A stretch of DNA of 64,000 nucleotides from a virus (lineage: Duplodnaviria > Heunggongvirae > Uroviricota > Caudoviricetes), in the IMG/VR virus record IMGVR_UViG_3300037466_002980, positions 234,811 to 298,810 of that record. One strand, given 5' to 3'. The position numbers were made by a program, and so were the translations under genes. Under the pieces are notes generated by a model. The model was not told the origin of the DNA, did not search any database, and was given only the letters and a program-made list of their open reading frames with translations. Positions 48,052 through 56,792 of the stretch are shown here, one piece after another (positions within the stretch are counted from its first letter, which is position 1; each line of letters begins with the position of its first letter).

Positions 48052-48467
48052 GGCATATTCATAGAATCATCGGGATGAACCCAATAAGACCAATAAGTTC
48101 CGTTTCGATCCTTATTCAAATTATAAACACCCTGTGGATTCTGGAACCGAAGGACCTTTGAACACCAACCCTTCATTAATCCGTCGTTATCACGGTTAAA
48201 TGGTAGGCGGTTGAAATTCTTGCACGCATTGCAATTCGCATCTATTTCGTCGAATGCTCGTTTGGCATCCTTAAATGCTTCCGTTGCAGTAGGAGAACAG
48301 ACATAGGTGTTGATGGTTTGAGGTATTACCGAACCAAAGAATATTGCTTCGGCTGTGGTAACAAGATGTCCAGTATAATGGCAACGGAAAACTAAATTTC
48401 CAGAGTCATCAACACAGATTGGGAAGTTTCCAATTGGTTTATTGGATTTGAAATGTCGCAGGACCAT
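48015..48467 (-). CDS. Cys-containing hypothetical protein
   Basis: DANCNACKNF...GWC. Confidence 0.7.
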   Translation of the reverse strand: MVLRHFKSNKPIGNFPICVDDSGNLVFRCHYTGHLVTTAEAIFFGSVIPQTINTYVCSPTATEAFKDAKRAFDEIDANCNACKNFNRLPFNRDNDGLMKGWCSKVLRFQNPQGVYNLNKDRNGTYWSYWVHPDDSMNMPCWEARSKKEKK

Positions 48468-48766
48468 TATGGTTTGTTATTCGAAACTACCTTATCGACA
48501 GCTTCATTGAGGCAAGTTTCACGAAGCGGACCAAATCCACCGAAACGGCTTCCATCGTGAATAAGTTGGTCGTAGTTTCCGTCTGTGTCCCTATAGATAA
48601 TTAGAGTAGTGGGAGAAGGAACCAAATGCTTCAGGCAGTATTCAACTACCTCTTCGGCATTGTTGGTGATGCTCATGTGTCCATCGTCCCTATCGATAAG
48701 AACGAGAACTCCACGACGCATGTGGTGATCGAAACTTGCTTTCATCTTAAGCTCCAATTCTACCAA
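48467..48766 (-). CDS. conserved phage hypothetical protein
   Basis: SITNNAEEVV...IIYRDTDGNYD. Confidence 0.7.
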   Translation of the reverse strand: MVELELKMKASFDHHMRRGVLVLIDRDDGHMSITNNAEEVVEYCLKHLVPSPTTLIIYRDTDGNYDQLIHDGSRFGGFGPLRETCLNEAVDKVVSNNKP

Positions 48767-48868
48767 TTAGGAGATTTACATTGTGGACAATGGGCATCCT
48801 TCCTTGGAAGACCGAAACCACATTTCCAGCAACGATACCTGAATGCCATTTCTTCTCCTTTGATTATG

Positions 48869-49411
48869 TTAGTATATATACGCAGGATTGAAGTTGTCAA
48901 GAAATCTTTTAGGTTCGATCTTCTGTTTTTCCCTTCTACCTTGAAATTCAGCTTCAAGGTAGGGTTGTAACCGAATTCTGTGATCACCTTTCTGAAAGGC
49001 GCGTTGTTCGGGAGGCCAGCAGGTGCGACGTTGATATTCGATTAATTCTTTCACCGAAGGAAAGCGATGAATTTCAGTTTCTCTTCCATAATAAAACCAA
49101 TATGGTTCACCTTCCTTCATATGCATGAACAGGATAGGAGTTTTCGAGAATTCACTGAATTGAGTAGCAGTCACATCTAGAATGTGATCTTCCACTTCAA
49201 TAAATACATGAGAACCGGAATAGGTAGCCATGCAGATTTCGTGTTCGATTTGTTTCTCCCAAAGAACACGAGAAAGTAGACCGGATGCAATGGCGCAATA
49301 GCACCTTAGACTGTGGATTTCGGTTTTATGGTTTCTGCAGGCAAGATCTTCAGCCCATGCACGAACAGCACGGGCAGACGAAAGGATAGTTTCCCTACTG
49401 CTGGAATTCAT
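48869..49411 (-). CDS. conserved hypothetical protein (CAIAS...HVF...DVTATQF)
   Basis: Cys-His-Asp order suggests a papain/transglutaminase-like triad. Confidence 0.5.
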   Translation of the reverse strand: MNSSSRETILSSARAVRAWAEDLACRNHKTEIHSLRCYCAIASGLLSRVLWEKQIEHEICMATYSGSHVFIEVEDHILDVTATQFSEFSKTPILFMHMKEGEPYWFYYGRETEIHRFPSVKELIEYQRRTCWPPEQRAFQKGDHRIRLQPYLEAEFQGRREKQKIEPKRFLDNFNPAYIY

Positions 49412-49668
49412 TAACGTTCGTTTCTGTGATACCAGTGAACTCTCCGATACAGGTACACGGTTGCACCCAATGTGGAAAGATCAAGGAGGAGTTTCAAGAC
49501 TGTGAAGGGAATCCAGGCCAGAAAGGCTAGGATTTTCTCTCCAACGGGTTTGTCGCTTTCGAAGACGATCCACGAAAGACTTCTTTGTGCCCAAACAATG
49601 AAATACATTATGTAGGCAATTGCAATCATGCAAAGGATGGTTGTGATAACGATAAGAAGAGGACCCAT
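49411..49668 (-). CDS. membrane protein, paralog of 15181-15435
   Basis: IAYIMYFI...LAFLAWIP. Confidence 0.75.
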   Translation of the reverse strand: MGPLLIVITTILCMIAIAYIMYFIVWAQRSLSWIVFESDKPVGEKILAFLAWIPFTVLKLLLDLSTLGATVYLYRRVHWYHRNER

Positions 49669-49704
49669 TTCTGGTTTCCTTTAAAAACGAGTCCTCTTCC
49701 TGTT

Positions 49705-50016
49705 TCAGTGCCAGAAAGACTCGGCTTGCTGAAGTTTCCCCTGCACACGGGGATCCACTGAATAACCGCAAGCGAGTGCCAGATCGCGAAGCTTGTATGC
49801 ACTCGGAAGCGTGGGGTTCTGCATGCCACCGAAGAGCTGGTTAAGCTCCCGTTGGATAGCGGAACGTTGTTCCCTTTCCTCTTCCACGGACATATGTCCG
49901 ATATTCACGATGTTGATCCTTTCCGTCAGCAAAGCTGCCGTACGGATAAATGCTCTTGATTCCATTTCCTCTAGTCCCTTATGAACTACTATAGTTGACA
50001 TCTTTGATTTAGTCAA
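49705..50016 (-). CDS. hypothetical protein
   Basis: 103 aa ORF. Confidence 0.6.
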   Translation of the reverse strand: MTKSKMSTIVVHKGLEEMESRAFIRTAALLTERINIVNIGHMSVEEEREQRSAIQRELNQLFGGMQNPTLPSAYKLRDLALACGYSVDPRVQGKLQQAESFWH

Positions 50017-50296
50017 CCACCGTTTCTAAAACGCAGAGTCCAGAACTTCTTATTCTGAAATGCACCCGCCAAACCTTTCCAGACCTGGCGCTATTATATC
50101 GCCACGGATTACCGCAGCAACACAATTCTTTATGGCCTATAATCGGTACAACGAACCACATGGTGTTTCGTTGTTTTATCTTTTGAAATCCACGAACTTA
50201 GAACACGCATATCCTTAAAAGGAAGATTTGCGCATTCCTTACGATTGAAATGCTTGCAGGTCATGCACATTCCACCTTTCGGCTGATATTCGTTTT

Positions 50297-50653
50297 TCAT
50301 TCGAATTCTTTAATCAGCGAATCAATCCATGCATGCCGTGTCCGTTGAAGTTTCTGCAGACCTTTCACAGTTTGAAAGACTTCAGGTGAGAGTGATTTCA
50401 CGTGTTCCAATAGCCAGGCACCGAAGAAAACATGTCTTTCAAGTCTGCTTTGAATTATGCGTGTAGCATTTCGTGTATCAACCCACGAACATTCACCAAA
50501 GCTATATGAATAATCAATGGCAAGGCAGATGTATGGACTCTTCCAAACCCCATTCACACAGATTTCTCCACCAAGCCCTATCGCAGTGACTTCTGCAGGT
50601 AGGATGAGATGGCGTTTGGTCGCACGGAATACCTTAGCAAGATTATCCGGCAC
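50297..50653 (-). CDS. hypothetical protein
   Basis: 118 aa ORF. Confidence 0.65.
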   Translation of the reverse strand: MPDNLAKVFRATKRHLILPAEVTAIGLGGEICVNGVWKSPYICLAIDYSYSFGECSWVDTRNATRIIQSRLERHVFFGAWLLEHVKSLSPEVFQTVKGLQKLQRTRHAWIDSLIKEFE

Positions 50654-50857
50654 TTAGAGATCTCTCCACCATTTCGCAATATTCGCACAGATGTCCAACC
50701 ATTCATCGACACATTCGGTACCATCAAGTGGAATAAGTCCCGAAATATACAGAATGCCGCCGAAGATTAAAGAAGCAAAAAACCCGATAAAGATTATTAT
50801 TAAGCAAGGAAACGCTAAGGCAATGGTAATCGGGAGCTTCCAGAGTTTTTTCAGCAT
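50654..50857 (-). CDS. small membrane protein
   Basis: Long hydrophobic stretch. Confidence 0.65.
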   Translation of the reverse strand: MLKKLWKLPITIALAFPCLIIIFIGFFASLIFGGILYISGLIPLDGTECVDEWLDICANIAKWWRDL

Positions 50858-51354
50858 GTCACTTCTTCCGTTACGGGTTCGTGACGTTTGATTTCCTTTT
50901 CATCCGGTTCCAACTTGAATACGTCGCCGTGGTTGGGACCAAGGCCCTGAATAAGCAGCCATGTGCATTCGGGATGGGCTTCTACCTTTTCGTCGAACTT
51001 TTCGCTGGCATCGCCTTGAAGTTCGAAAGATTGGCAACGTCCAACAACCATGTCGCTTCCGTCGTGTTGCACGAGTTCAACTACTGTAAAACACTCGTTA
51101 TCCGGCAGGATTTGCTCGGATTTAGCACGGTTTGGGCTGGTTTTCCGCTGGACCTTGTTGTTGACAGGGCGGCCCAGACCCTCCACAGGGTTGGCCTTCT
51201 TGGCATTGTTGTAATGCGTGGCAGCCGCTGCCAATGAACACCCTGTCTCCTGCATTAGGGTATCCATAACCGTTTTGCGGAACAATCGGCCATCCGTAGA
51301 TGCCAAGCTGATATGTTCCAGATAGAGTTCCACAGCACGGTCTTTTGCATTCAT
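50851..51354 (-). CDS. divergent 'DKGIR/EDKKGGRK' family protein copy 3
   Basis: FRKTVM...SLAAAATHYNNAK...VEGLGRP. Confidence 0.75.
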   Translation of the reverse strand: MNAKDRAVELYLEHISLASTDGRLFRKTVMDTLMQETGCSLAAAATHYNNAKKANPVEGLGRPVNNKVQRKTSPNRAKSEQILPDNECFTVVELVQHDGSDMVVGRCQSFELQGDASEKFDEKVEAHPECTWLLIQGLGPNHGDVFKLEPDEKEIKRHEPVTEEVTC

Positions 51355-51413
51355 CCTCGAGTCCCTTTACATCCTGGGTTGCGAATTTTGTTGTGCTTAT
51401 GTTATGTGTCTTC

Positions 51414-51803
51414 TTAGGCCATGTCAACGGTTCCTTTTGCGGTTATTTTGCCAACGAAGTCCTCAGGATCCGTTTCGGGATATTGAAAGTTAACGACAGG
51501 AAGATTGAGATCTTCGGCAACTGTCCTAAGAATGGGACTTTTTGGTGTATAGAGGGCAGAATATCGTTCTTGAAACTTTAGATGCAACAATTCGTGTGCT
51601 TCAAGAAAATGCAATTCCTCTGCAGTCATCGAATAGATCAAACTATTCGTGATAGATTGAATTGCGAGAGGAGCCGATACCAACTCGTCAAAAAGCAGGA
51701 CGGTGGAATTGGTCTGGGAGATACTTGCGGGCGGAAGAAGGTCGTCTACTTTTCCTGTGCATGCCAACGAAATGGCCGACAGTAAGAAATTCCGACGCTT
51801 CAT
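51414..51803 (-). CDS. Tat-signal-like protein with HExxH
   Basis: MKRRNFLLSA...; FLEAHELLH. Confidence 0.55.
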   Translation of the reverse strand: MKRRNFLLSAISLACTGKVDDLLPPASISQTNSTVLLFDELVSAPLAIQSITNSLIYSMTAEELHFLEAHELLHLKFQERYSALYTPKSPILRTVAEDLNLPVVNFQYPETDPEDFVGKITAKGTVDMA

Positions 51804-51934
51804 GTGTGCTGCCCTTTCTTCTTTGTACGCCGTAGCGCCTAGCACGAGCACTGCAATATATGCGTGGTTTCGTTACAGGTCAACAGCTTTTTGTAAGGTT
51901 GTGAATGTTGTGGCGAGCAACAAACGGCCATAGG

Positions 51935-51959
51935 AAAAGGGCATTCGAATGCCCTTTTT
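51935..51959. terminator. bidirectional terminator
   Basis: AAAAGGGCAT-TCGA-ATGCCCTTTT. Confidence 0.8.
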
Positions 51960-51976
51960 CTTGAAATTAAGTTATT

Positions 51977-52507
51977 CTAATGGTTTAGAATATGGTCCAT
52001 GTATCTGTCACAGAAAGGTTTGAACTCTTTCAATCTTCGATGATTGAGTGGCATATTCTGATCTCTGAGAATAAATCTTACTACTGCCACAGGAAATATG
52101 ATTTCAGCAAATTCGGGTGGCAGGCTACGAAGTGCTTCTTCGTAGGATTTTGAATTTTCAGACGAACTCCAGCAAAGTATCTTGACGACCATTTCTTTTT
52201 CTTCTGTTGTTTTGGCAGGTACCGGAAAGTTGGCATGCATATACGCCAACAATGTATCCGTTCTCAAATGGAAGATATTCATTTGTGGAGTATCCTGTTT
52301 CGCTGCCATTCCGCGATGCCCTTGAAATTCGTATGATTCCAACGGGAATTTCCCTTTGAGTTCTAACGCCAAATCCATGAGCCTGAGACTTTCACGATAC
52401 TTCGCAAATTCATCTACGACTTCCACTTGCGCTATGGAAATACCAGGAACGGCCGCTACCACAGCAACAGCCGCAACACCAAAAAGAAATTCTCTGCGAT
52501 TCATCAT
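51977..52507 (-). CDS. Tat-signal protein
   Basis: MNRREFLFGVAAVAVVAAVPG. Confidence 0.7.
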   Translation of the reverse strand: MMNRREFLFGVAAVAVVAAVPGISIAQVEVVDEFAKYRESLRLMDLALELKGKFPLESYEFQGHRGMAAKQDTPQMNIFHLRTDTLLAYMHANFPVPAKTTEEKEMVVKILCWSSSENSKSYEEALRSLPPEFAEIIFPVAVVRFILRDQNMPLNHRRLKEFKPFCDRYMDHILNH

Positions 52508-52589
52508 TTCAGTATCTCCGGGCCAAAGTTTATAATTCCTTTATTGTATAGTGTTTGGAAGAAATGGACAAATGGTAGGAGAAGAACTC

Positions 52590-52614
52590 AAAGGAAAAGG
52601 GCCACGAAGGCCCT
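52590..52614 (-). terminator. rho-independent terminator
   Basis: AGGGCC-TTCGT-GGCCCT followed by TTTCCTTT on the - strand. Confidence 0.7.
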
Positions 52615-52638
52615 GTTTCCAGTGACAGCAGTTTCGGC

Positions 52639-53037
52639 TTACGCTTCTGCTTCTTCCTCGACGTATTCGTAAGGTTCGCCGATTTCAAGCGGCTTGCCTT
52701 CGTGTTCGCGGAGGTACAGCATTGCACGGCCTTTCGACAGTCCTTCGGCGACCGTTTTCTTGGTGCGCGTGTTGATGACGTCGACAACGGTGAGCGGCTT
52801 CCGTCCGCCCTTCTTGTCCTCGTCGCGCCCCAGGCCTTCGACACGCTTGTCGTTTCGCAGTTTGGCCTGCTGGAGGGCGAAGTTGTATGCCGTCGCTGCG
52901 GAGCCGATGGAAACGTCGAACTGCTTGATGATGTCATTCATCACGTTGCGACGGAATTCCGTGTCGCCGACCTTCTTGCGGCTTCCGAGATGCTTCTCGA
53001 AGCGTTGCACTGCGTAATCCCTGATACCTTTCGTCAT
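52639..53037 (-). CDS. 'DKGIR/EDKKGGRK' family protein copy 4
   Basis: MTKGIR...SAATAYN...EGLGRDEDKKGGRK. Confidence 0.85.
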   Translation of the reverse strand: MTKGIRDYAVQRFEKHLGSRKKVGDTEFRRNVMNDIIKQFDVSIGSAATAYNFALQQAKLRNDKRVEGLGRDEDKKGGRKPLTVVDVINTRTKKTVAEGLSKGRAMLYLREHEGKPLEIGEPYEYVEEEAEA

Positions 53038-53261
53038 GATCTACCTTCCCTTCTGAAACACTGCATTCTGCAGTAAAACAGTGGAGCATCATTGCACCCA
53101 CACCTTAATTATATGTTAGGTTAACAAGCTGTCAAGGAGTTTCTACGAAAAAGAGAGTAAAAATCTGTAGTGTTGAGCTACGTCTTTGCGCTAGAGCAAT
53201 AATGAGCCTATTGCTGTGCATGATCTTCTTATTTACGAAGGTCAGAATAATAAATATTCTT

Positions 53262-53804
53262 ATGAGGTTTTATGTATATGCTTATTTGAGAGAAGATGGT
53301 TCTCCATACTATATCGGAAAGGGATGTGGTGAACGTGCTTATTCAAAACAACACATTGTCTCGCCGCCAAAAGATAAAACTAGAATAGTATTCTTAGAGA
53401 GGATGTTATCGGAAATTGGTGCTCTGGCAATCGAACGAAGATATATTCGCTGGTATGGGAGAATAGATAATGGAACAGGTATTCTTAGAAATATGACGGA
53501 TGGTGGAGAAAGTGTGGTAGGAAGAATAGTCGATAATGAAACTCGAGAAAAGAGTAAAAATTCAAATAGAGAAACATGGTCTAAAGAAGAGACATTGAAA
53601 AATCATTCAAATGCTATGAAAGATGTCTGGAATAACCTAGAACGAAATTTGAAAATCAGTAATGCAATCAAAGGAAAGAATAATCCACGATTTGGAAAAC
53701 CTGCTACAAACAGGGGTATAATTCATTCCGAAGAAACCAAACAAAAAATGAAAGATGCATGGAAACTTCGAAAATTAAGAATGGAAATAGAGAAAAACAC
53801 CTAA
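53262..53804 (+). mobile_element. free-standing GIY-YIG (Seg-like) homing endonuclease with NUMOD3
   Basis: FYVYAYLREDGSPYYIGKG...R, E, ILRNMTDGGE; NPRFGK...HSEETKQKM; AT-rich and antisense to neighbours. Confidence 0.9.
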
Positions 53805-53822
53805 CATTTCTGTTAGGTGTTT
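53795..53822. terminator. perfect 12-bp hairpin between convergent genes
   Basis: AAACACCTAACA-TTTC-TGTTAGGTGTTT. Confidence 0.75.
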
Positions 53823-53873
53823 AATGTCTCGGGACACTACTCCGAGACGGCGCCCACGCTCATCGCAAATGGA

Positions 53874-54119
53874 TTAACTGAACATCTTAAACTGGCCGCC
53901 GGCTGTATCTCTACGAGATACGCTGTATGCGGTACGACCTTCGGTATTCTTGTGTTTGCGAACACGAAGACCTACTTGGCGCATTTCCGACATACGAGCA
54001 CGGAGGTTCTTGATTCCATATGTGGATTCAGCCTGTGCAGACGAAATGCTGCGATCAGTTCCACGGAGATGATTTTCAAGAAATTCCAGTTGTGTTGTTG
54101 AAAGTTGTGTAAAACTCAT
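53874..54119 (-). CDS. winged-HTH DNA-binding protein
   Basis: Q..FL..HL...ISSAQA...YGIKNLRARMSEMR..G..V...AYSV; AGGAG SD. Confidence 0.75.
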   Translation of the reverse strand: MSFTQLSTTQLEFLENHLRGTDRSISSAQAESTYGIKNLRARMSEMRQVGLRVRKHKNTEGRTAYSVSRRDTAGGQFKMFS

Positions 54120-54152
54120 ATTAAGCTCCTTAATTATTCAAATAATTACAAC

Positions 54153-54188
54153 GTTACAAATTGTAACATTCTGAGCATCATATGTCAA
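54153..54188 (-). promoter_or_regulatory. sigma70 promoter with palindromic operator over -10
   Basis: TTGACA-N17-TACAAT; GTTACA-N3-TGTAAC at 54153-54167. Confidence 0.75.
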
Positions 54189-54204
54189 CCGAAACCGCAC
54201 ACCA

Positions 54205-54351
54205 CAAAGACGAAGGCCCGGTGTTGTTCACACACGGGCCCAATGGTTTCTACATTGAAAGGACGGACGGCAATCAATCCTTCTCGTTGTCCCTTAAGTT
54301 CTCCCGAACAGGACAGGCTGAAGTCCACTACGTCTTCGCATTAAGTGGCTA
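54205..54351 (-). ncRNA. candidate small RNA
   Basis: Own TTGACA-N17-TATAGT promoter (54358-54386), several hairpins, terminal GGCCCG/CGGGCC stem, no SD-led ORF. Confidence 0.45.
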
Positions 54352-54390
54352 AGTAATACTATACGTGATTATTCTTTTTGTGTCAACTGG

Positions 54391-54591
54391 TTATTTGGAT
54401 AAATGATGATGTTCTCGAATGAATTCATCTATTGTCCAACCATATTCGTTGAAGAAAGTCTCCTCTTTCTTCATGTAATTTTCTAAATCGGAGTTTGAAT
54501 ATTCTTTGAAGTAAAATTCGTAATACTTATCGTTCATTTCCGACCAAGGGATTCTTTTTAATTTTTTGAATAATTTTTCTTCAGAATCCAC
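54391..54591 (-). CDS. array D small protein
   Basis: MDSEEKLFKKLK..GWT..EF. Confidence 0.7.
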   Translation of the reverse strand: MDSEEKLFKKLKRIPWSEMNDKYYEFYFKEYSNSDLENYMKKEETFFNEYGWTIDEFIREHHHLSK

Positions 54592-54601
54592 GGTATTCTT
54601 C

Positions 54602-54820
54602 TTAAGTCAAACTGGTTATTTTGGTTTCTCGATTTTTCATTTCTACAGAAAATTCTTCAAGAGTCCAGCCATTTTTCTTAAAAAATTCCATCAATAAATC
54701 TACATAATCGTCCATTGTGTAATTTCGATTTTCTCGTAAATCAAAATCAATATATTTTCTCTTCATCTCCTCATAAGAAATCTTTTTCAGTTTTTCAAAA
54801 GTATCATTTTCGGAATTCAT
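54602..54820 (-). CDS. array D small protein
   Basis: MNSENDTFEKLK..GWT..EF. Confidence 0.7.
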   Translation of the reverse strand: MNSENDTFEKLKKISYEEMKRKYIDFDLRENRNYTMDDYVDLLMEFFKKNGWTLEEFSVEMKNRETKITSLT

Positions 54821-54822
54821 TT

Positions 54823-55023
54823 TTAGAACATACCCCTTTCTCTAAGAATATCTTCGATCTTTTGCTGCAACCTTCTATCGGATTCTTTGTTGTATTCATT
54901 CTTGGTCCATCCAAAAACACGAAGTTGTTTTTTCGTGATCAGTGGATTTTCTTTTATTTTCTGTTCAATCTCTTCGAAGGAGATCTTCTTTAACTTTATG
55001 AACAATTCATCTTCGGAATTCAT
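54823..55023 (-). CDS. array D small protein
   Basis: MNSEDELFIKLK..GWT..EY. Confidence 0.7.
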   Translation of the reverse strand: MNSEDELFIKLKKISFEEIEQKIKENPLITKKQLRVFGWTKNEYNKESDRRLQQKIEDILRERGMF

Positions 55024-55355
55024 GTATCCAACTCCCAAAAAGTAGGAACTCCACGCAATTTTCGTTCGAGAATGAAATGGCTCACTCTTTCACGAATCAT
55101 CCAATCAATATCTTCTAATCCATGACATCTCATCCAGTAACACATTTTCATCTGGGTTCCGAATGCATCGATTGGAAACTCTTCACGCACAAATTCTAAG
55201 TATGTATCGACATGCGGTTTTGTTAGGAAATGCGCAGAAAGAATAGCATCTTCTCTATTCTGAAGTATCAAAGCTCTGCCGAAGCTTCCCGGAAATATTC
55301 CAGCCTTGATATACCATTTCAAGGCATGAAGCATTCCTATATCTATATTTTTCAT
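55020..55355 (-). CDS. hypothetical protein
   Basis: 111 aa; YI..GI.PGSF..A.L.N. Confidence 0.7.
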   Translation of the reverse strand: MKNIDIGMLHALKWYIKAGIFPGSFGRALILQNREDAILSAHFLTKPHVDTYLEFVREEFPIDAFGTQMKMCYWMRCHGLEDIDWMIRERVSHFILERKLRGVPTFWELDT

Positions 55356-55561
55356 AGTGCGTATTTCAGCTTGAATGCTAAGGCATCTTCGGAATATTTA
55401 AAGAAGAATGCTGCAGATTGAGTATCTGTATAAAACACTAACGTCCAAAGTCTGTACTCGGATTTTAGAAAAGCTTCGAAGGTGGCAGTATAATATCTTC
55501 TATCATATTCAAGGCGTGCCTTAGCTAGAAAGGTTCTGGGAACAATAACCATTGTTTCCAT
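55352..55561 (-). CDS. small protein ending EDALAFKLKY
   Basis: Paralog of the next gene. Confidence 0.7.
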   Translation of the reverse strand: METMVIVPRTFLAKARLEYDRRYYTATFEAFLKSEYRLWTLVFYTDTQSAAFFFKYSEDALAFKLKYAL

Positions 55562-55565
55562 AATT

Positions 55566-55772
55566 TCACAATGAATATTTTAGTTTGAATGTCAGAGCAT
55601 CCTCGCTGTTATGAAAAACAAATTCTGCTTTACCATCTACACAGTAAACAATCTTCTGAAGATTGTATTTAGAAAGCATGAAATCCGAAAAAGGAATATC
55701 ACGGGAACTTTTTTGATATTCTTCCCATGCTGTGTCGAAAAACAATACAGGAACGATAATTATTGTTTCCAT
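55566..55772 (-). CDS. small protein ending EDALTFKLKY
   Basis: Paralog of the previous gene. Confidence 0.7.
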   Translation of the reverse strand: METIIIVPVLFFDTAWEEYQKSSRDIPFSDFMLSKYNLQKIVYCVDGKAEFVFHNSEDALTFKLKYSL

Positions 55773-56033
55773 AAGAGGGTATCAGATTCGACTACCGTAC
55801 TCTAGGAGAGCCCCAACGGTCGTGATATTCAACGTAACCTTTCAAGGCGTACAATCCACCTTCCTAGGCGCAGCCAAGAATGGTGTCTTGGTCGAATTGG
55901 TCCGTATGAACTGATGTTTCCTCCGCTTGTCGCAGAAAGGCACCAGCTAATCCAACCAAAATCTCGAAAGCGCCAATATTTCTTCATCGAATAATCAGCT
56001 TTTTAAACCTGCGTTAAGAACCATTATGGAAAT

Positions 56034-56243
56034 CTAGTTTTCTAAAATCAACCTTTCAAACGAAACCTTATCCTTCAGACGACGTTCAATTTCTAATTGT
56101 ATTTTTCTTTTTGAGGCACCAAGTGCAATGGTATCTTGGGTGATATGGTGGATGACAACTTCTTCGCCGGAAACCTTCAAAATTAATTCTTGAAGGATAA
56201 CATTCTCCAGATAGGAAGGTGGACGACCAGGATGCTCAATCAT
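56034..56243 (-). CDS. hypothetical protein
   Basis: 69 aa ORF. Confidence 0.6.
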   Translation of the reverse strand: MIEHPGRPPSYLENVILQELILKVSGEEVVIHHITQDTIALGASKRKIQLEIERRLKDKVSFERLILEN

Positions 56244-56523
56244 CTTCAGCGTTCAATAGTTTGAGAATTTCTTCACTTATTCTTATTTGTTCTTCTTTTG
56301 AAGTTTCGGTGGGAAATATATAGAAATGAGTCCATCCACCTGATTTTGCTACGAAACTAACTGAAGGAAATCTACCTTGGAAAGTATGCGAAATTCTACA
56401 AGGTCGCTCTTCAATTTTATTTCTTCCGTTGAAATATAGAACTCCTGGAATTTGTTCAGTCCGGAAGTTCCAATAATCCGTTAGATTATATTTCAATTTA
56501 AGAACAAGTGAATTTTCACTCAT
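56236..56523 (-). CDS. array E small protein
   Basis: MSENSLVLKLKY...YIFP...QIRI. Confidence 0.75.
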   Translation of the reverse strand: MSENSLVLKLKYNLTDYWNFRTEQIPGVLYFNGRNKIEERPCRISHTFQGRFPSVSFVAKSGGWTHFYIFPTETSKEEQIRISEEILKLLNAEDD

Positions 56524-56792
56524 TTCAGAATTTCCAGAAAATCCTTTGCTATTCTTTGTTTTTCAAATTCATGTAATTTATGTGGAAATATATAGCAAAA
56601 TTCCCACACAGAATTCTCATTGAGAAAACTAACTCCAGCTTGTTCTCCTATATCACACATTATGAATTTGTAAACCGGCTTTCGACCTTCGTGTACTCTA
56701 AAATAGAGTACATCTTTCTGGATGTCGACTCTGTCATCAAAGAAATTCTGTGGAGTATATTTTAGTTTTAGAAATAATAAATCTTCACTCAT
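56520..56792 (-). CDS. array E small protein
   Basis: MSEDLLFLKLKY...YIFP...KQRI. Confidence 0.75.
   Translation of the reverse strand: MSEDLLFLKLKYTPQNFFDDRVDIQKDVLYFRVHEGRKPVYKFIMCDIGEQAGVSFLNENSVWEFCYIFPHKLHEFEKQRIAKDFLEILK

Noticed and set aside
53202-53804. Group I intron hosting the GIY-YIG ORF
   Set aside because: Flanking genes are complete and on the opposite strand; no P7 or other core motifs recognised
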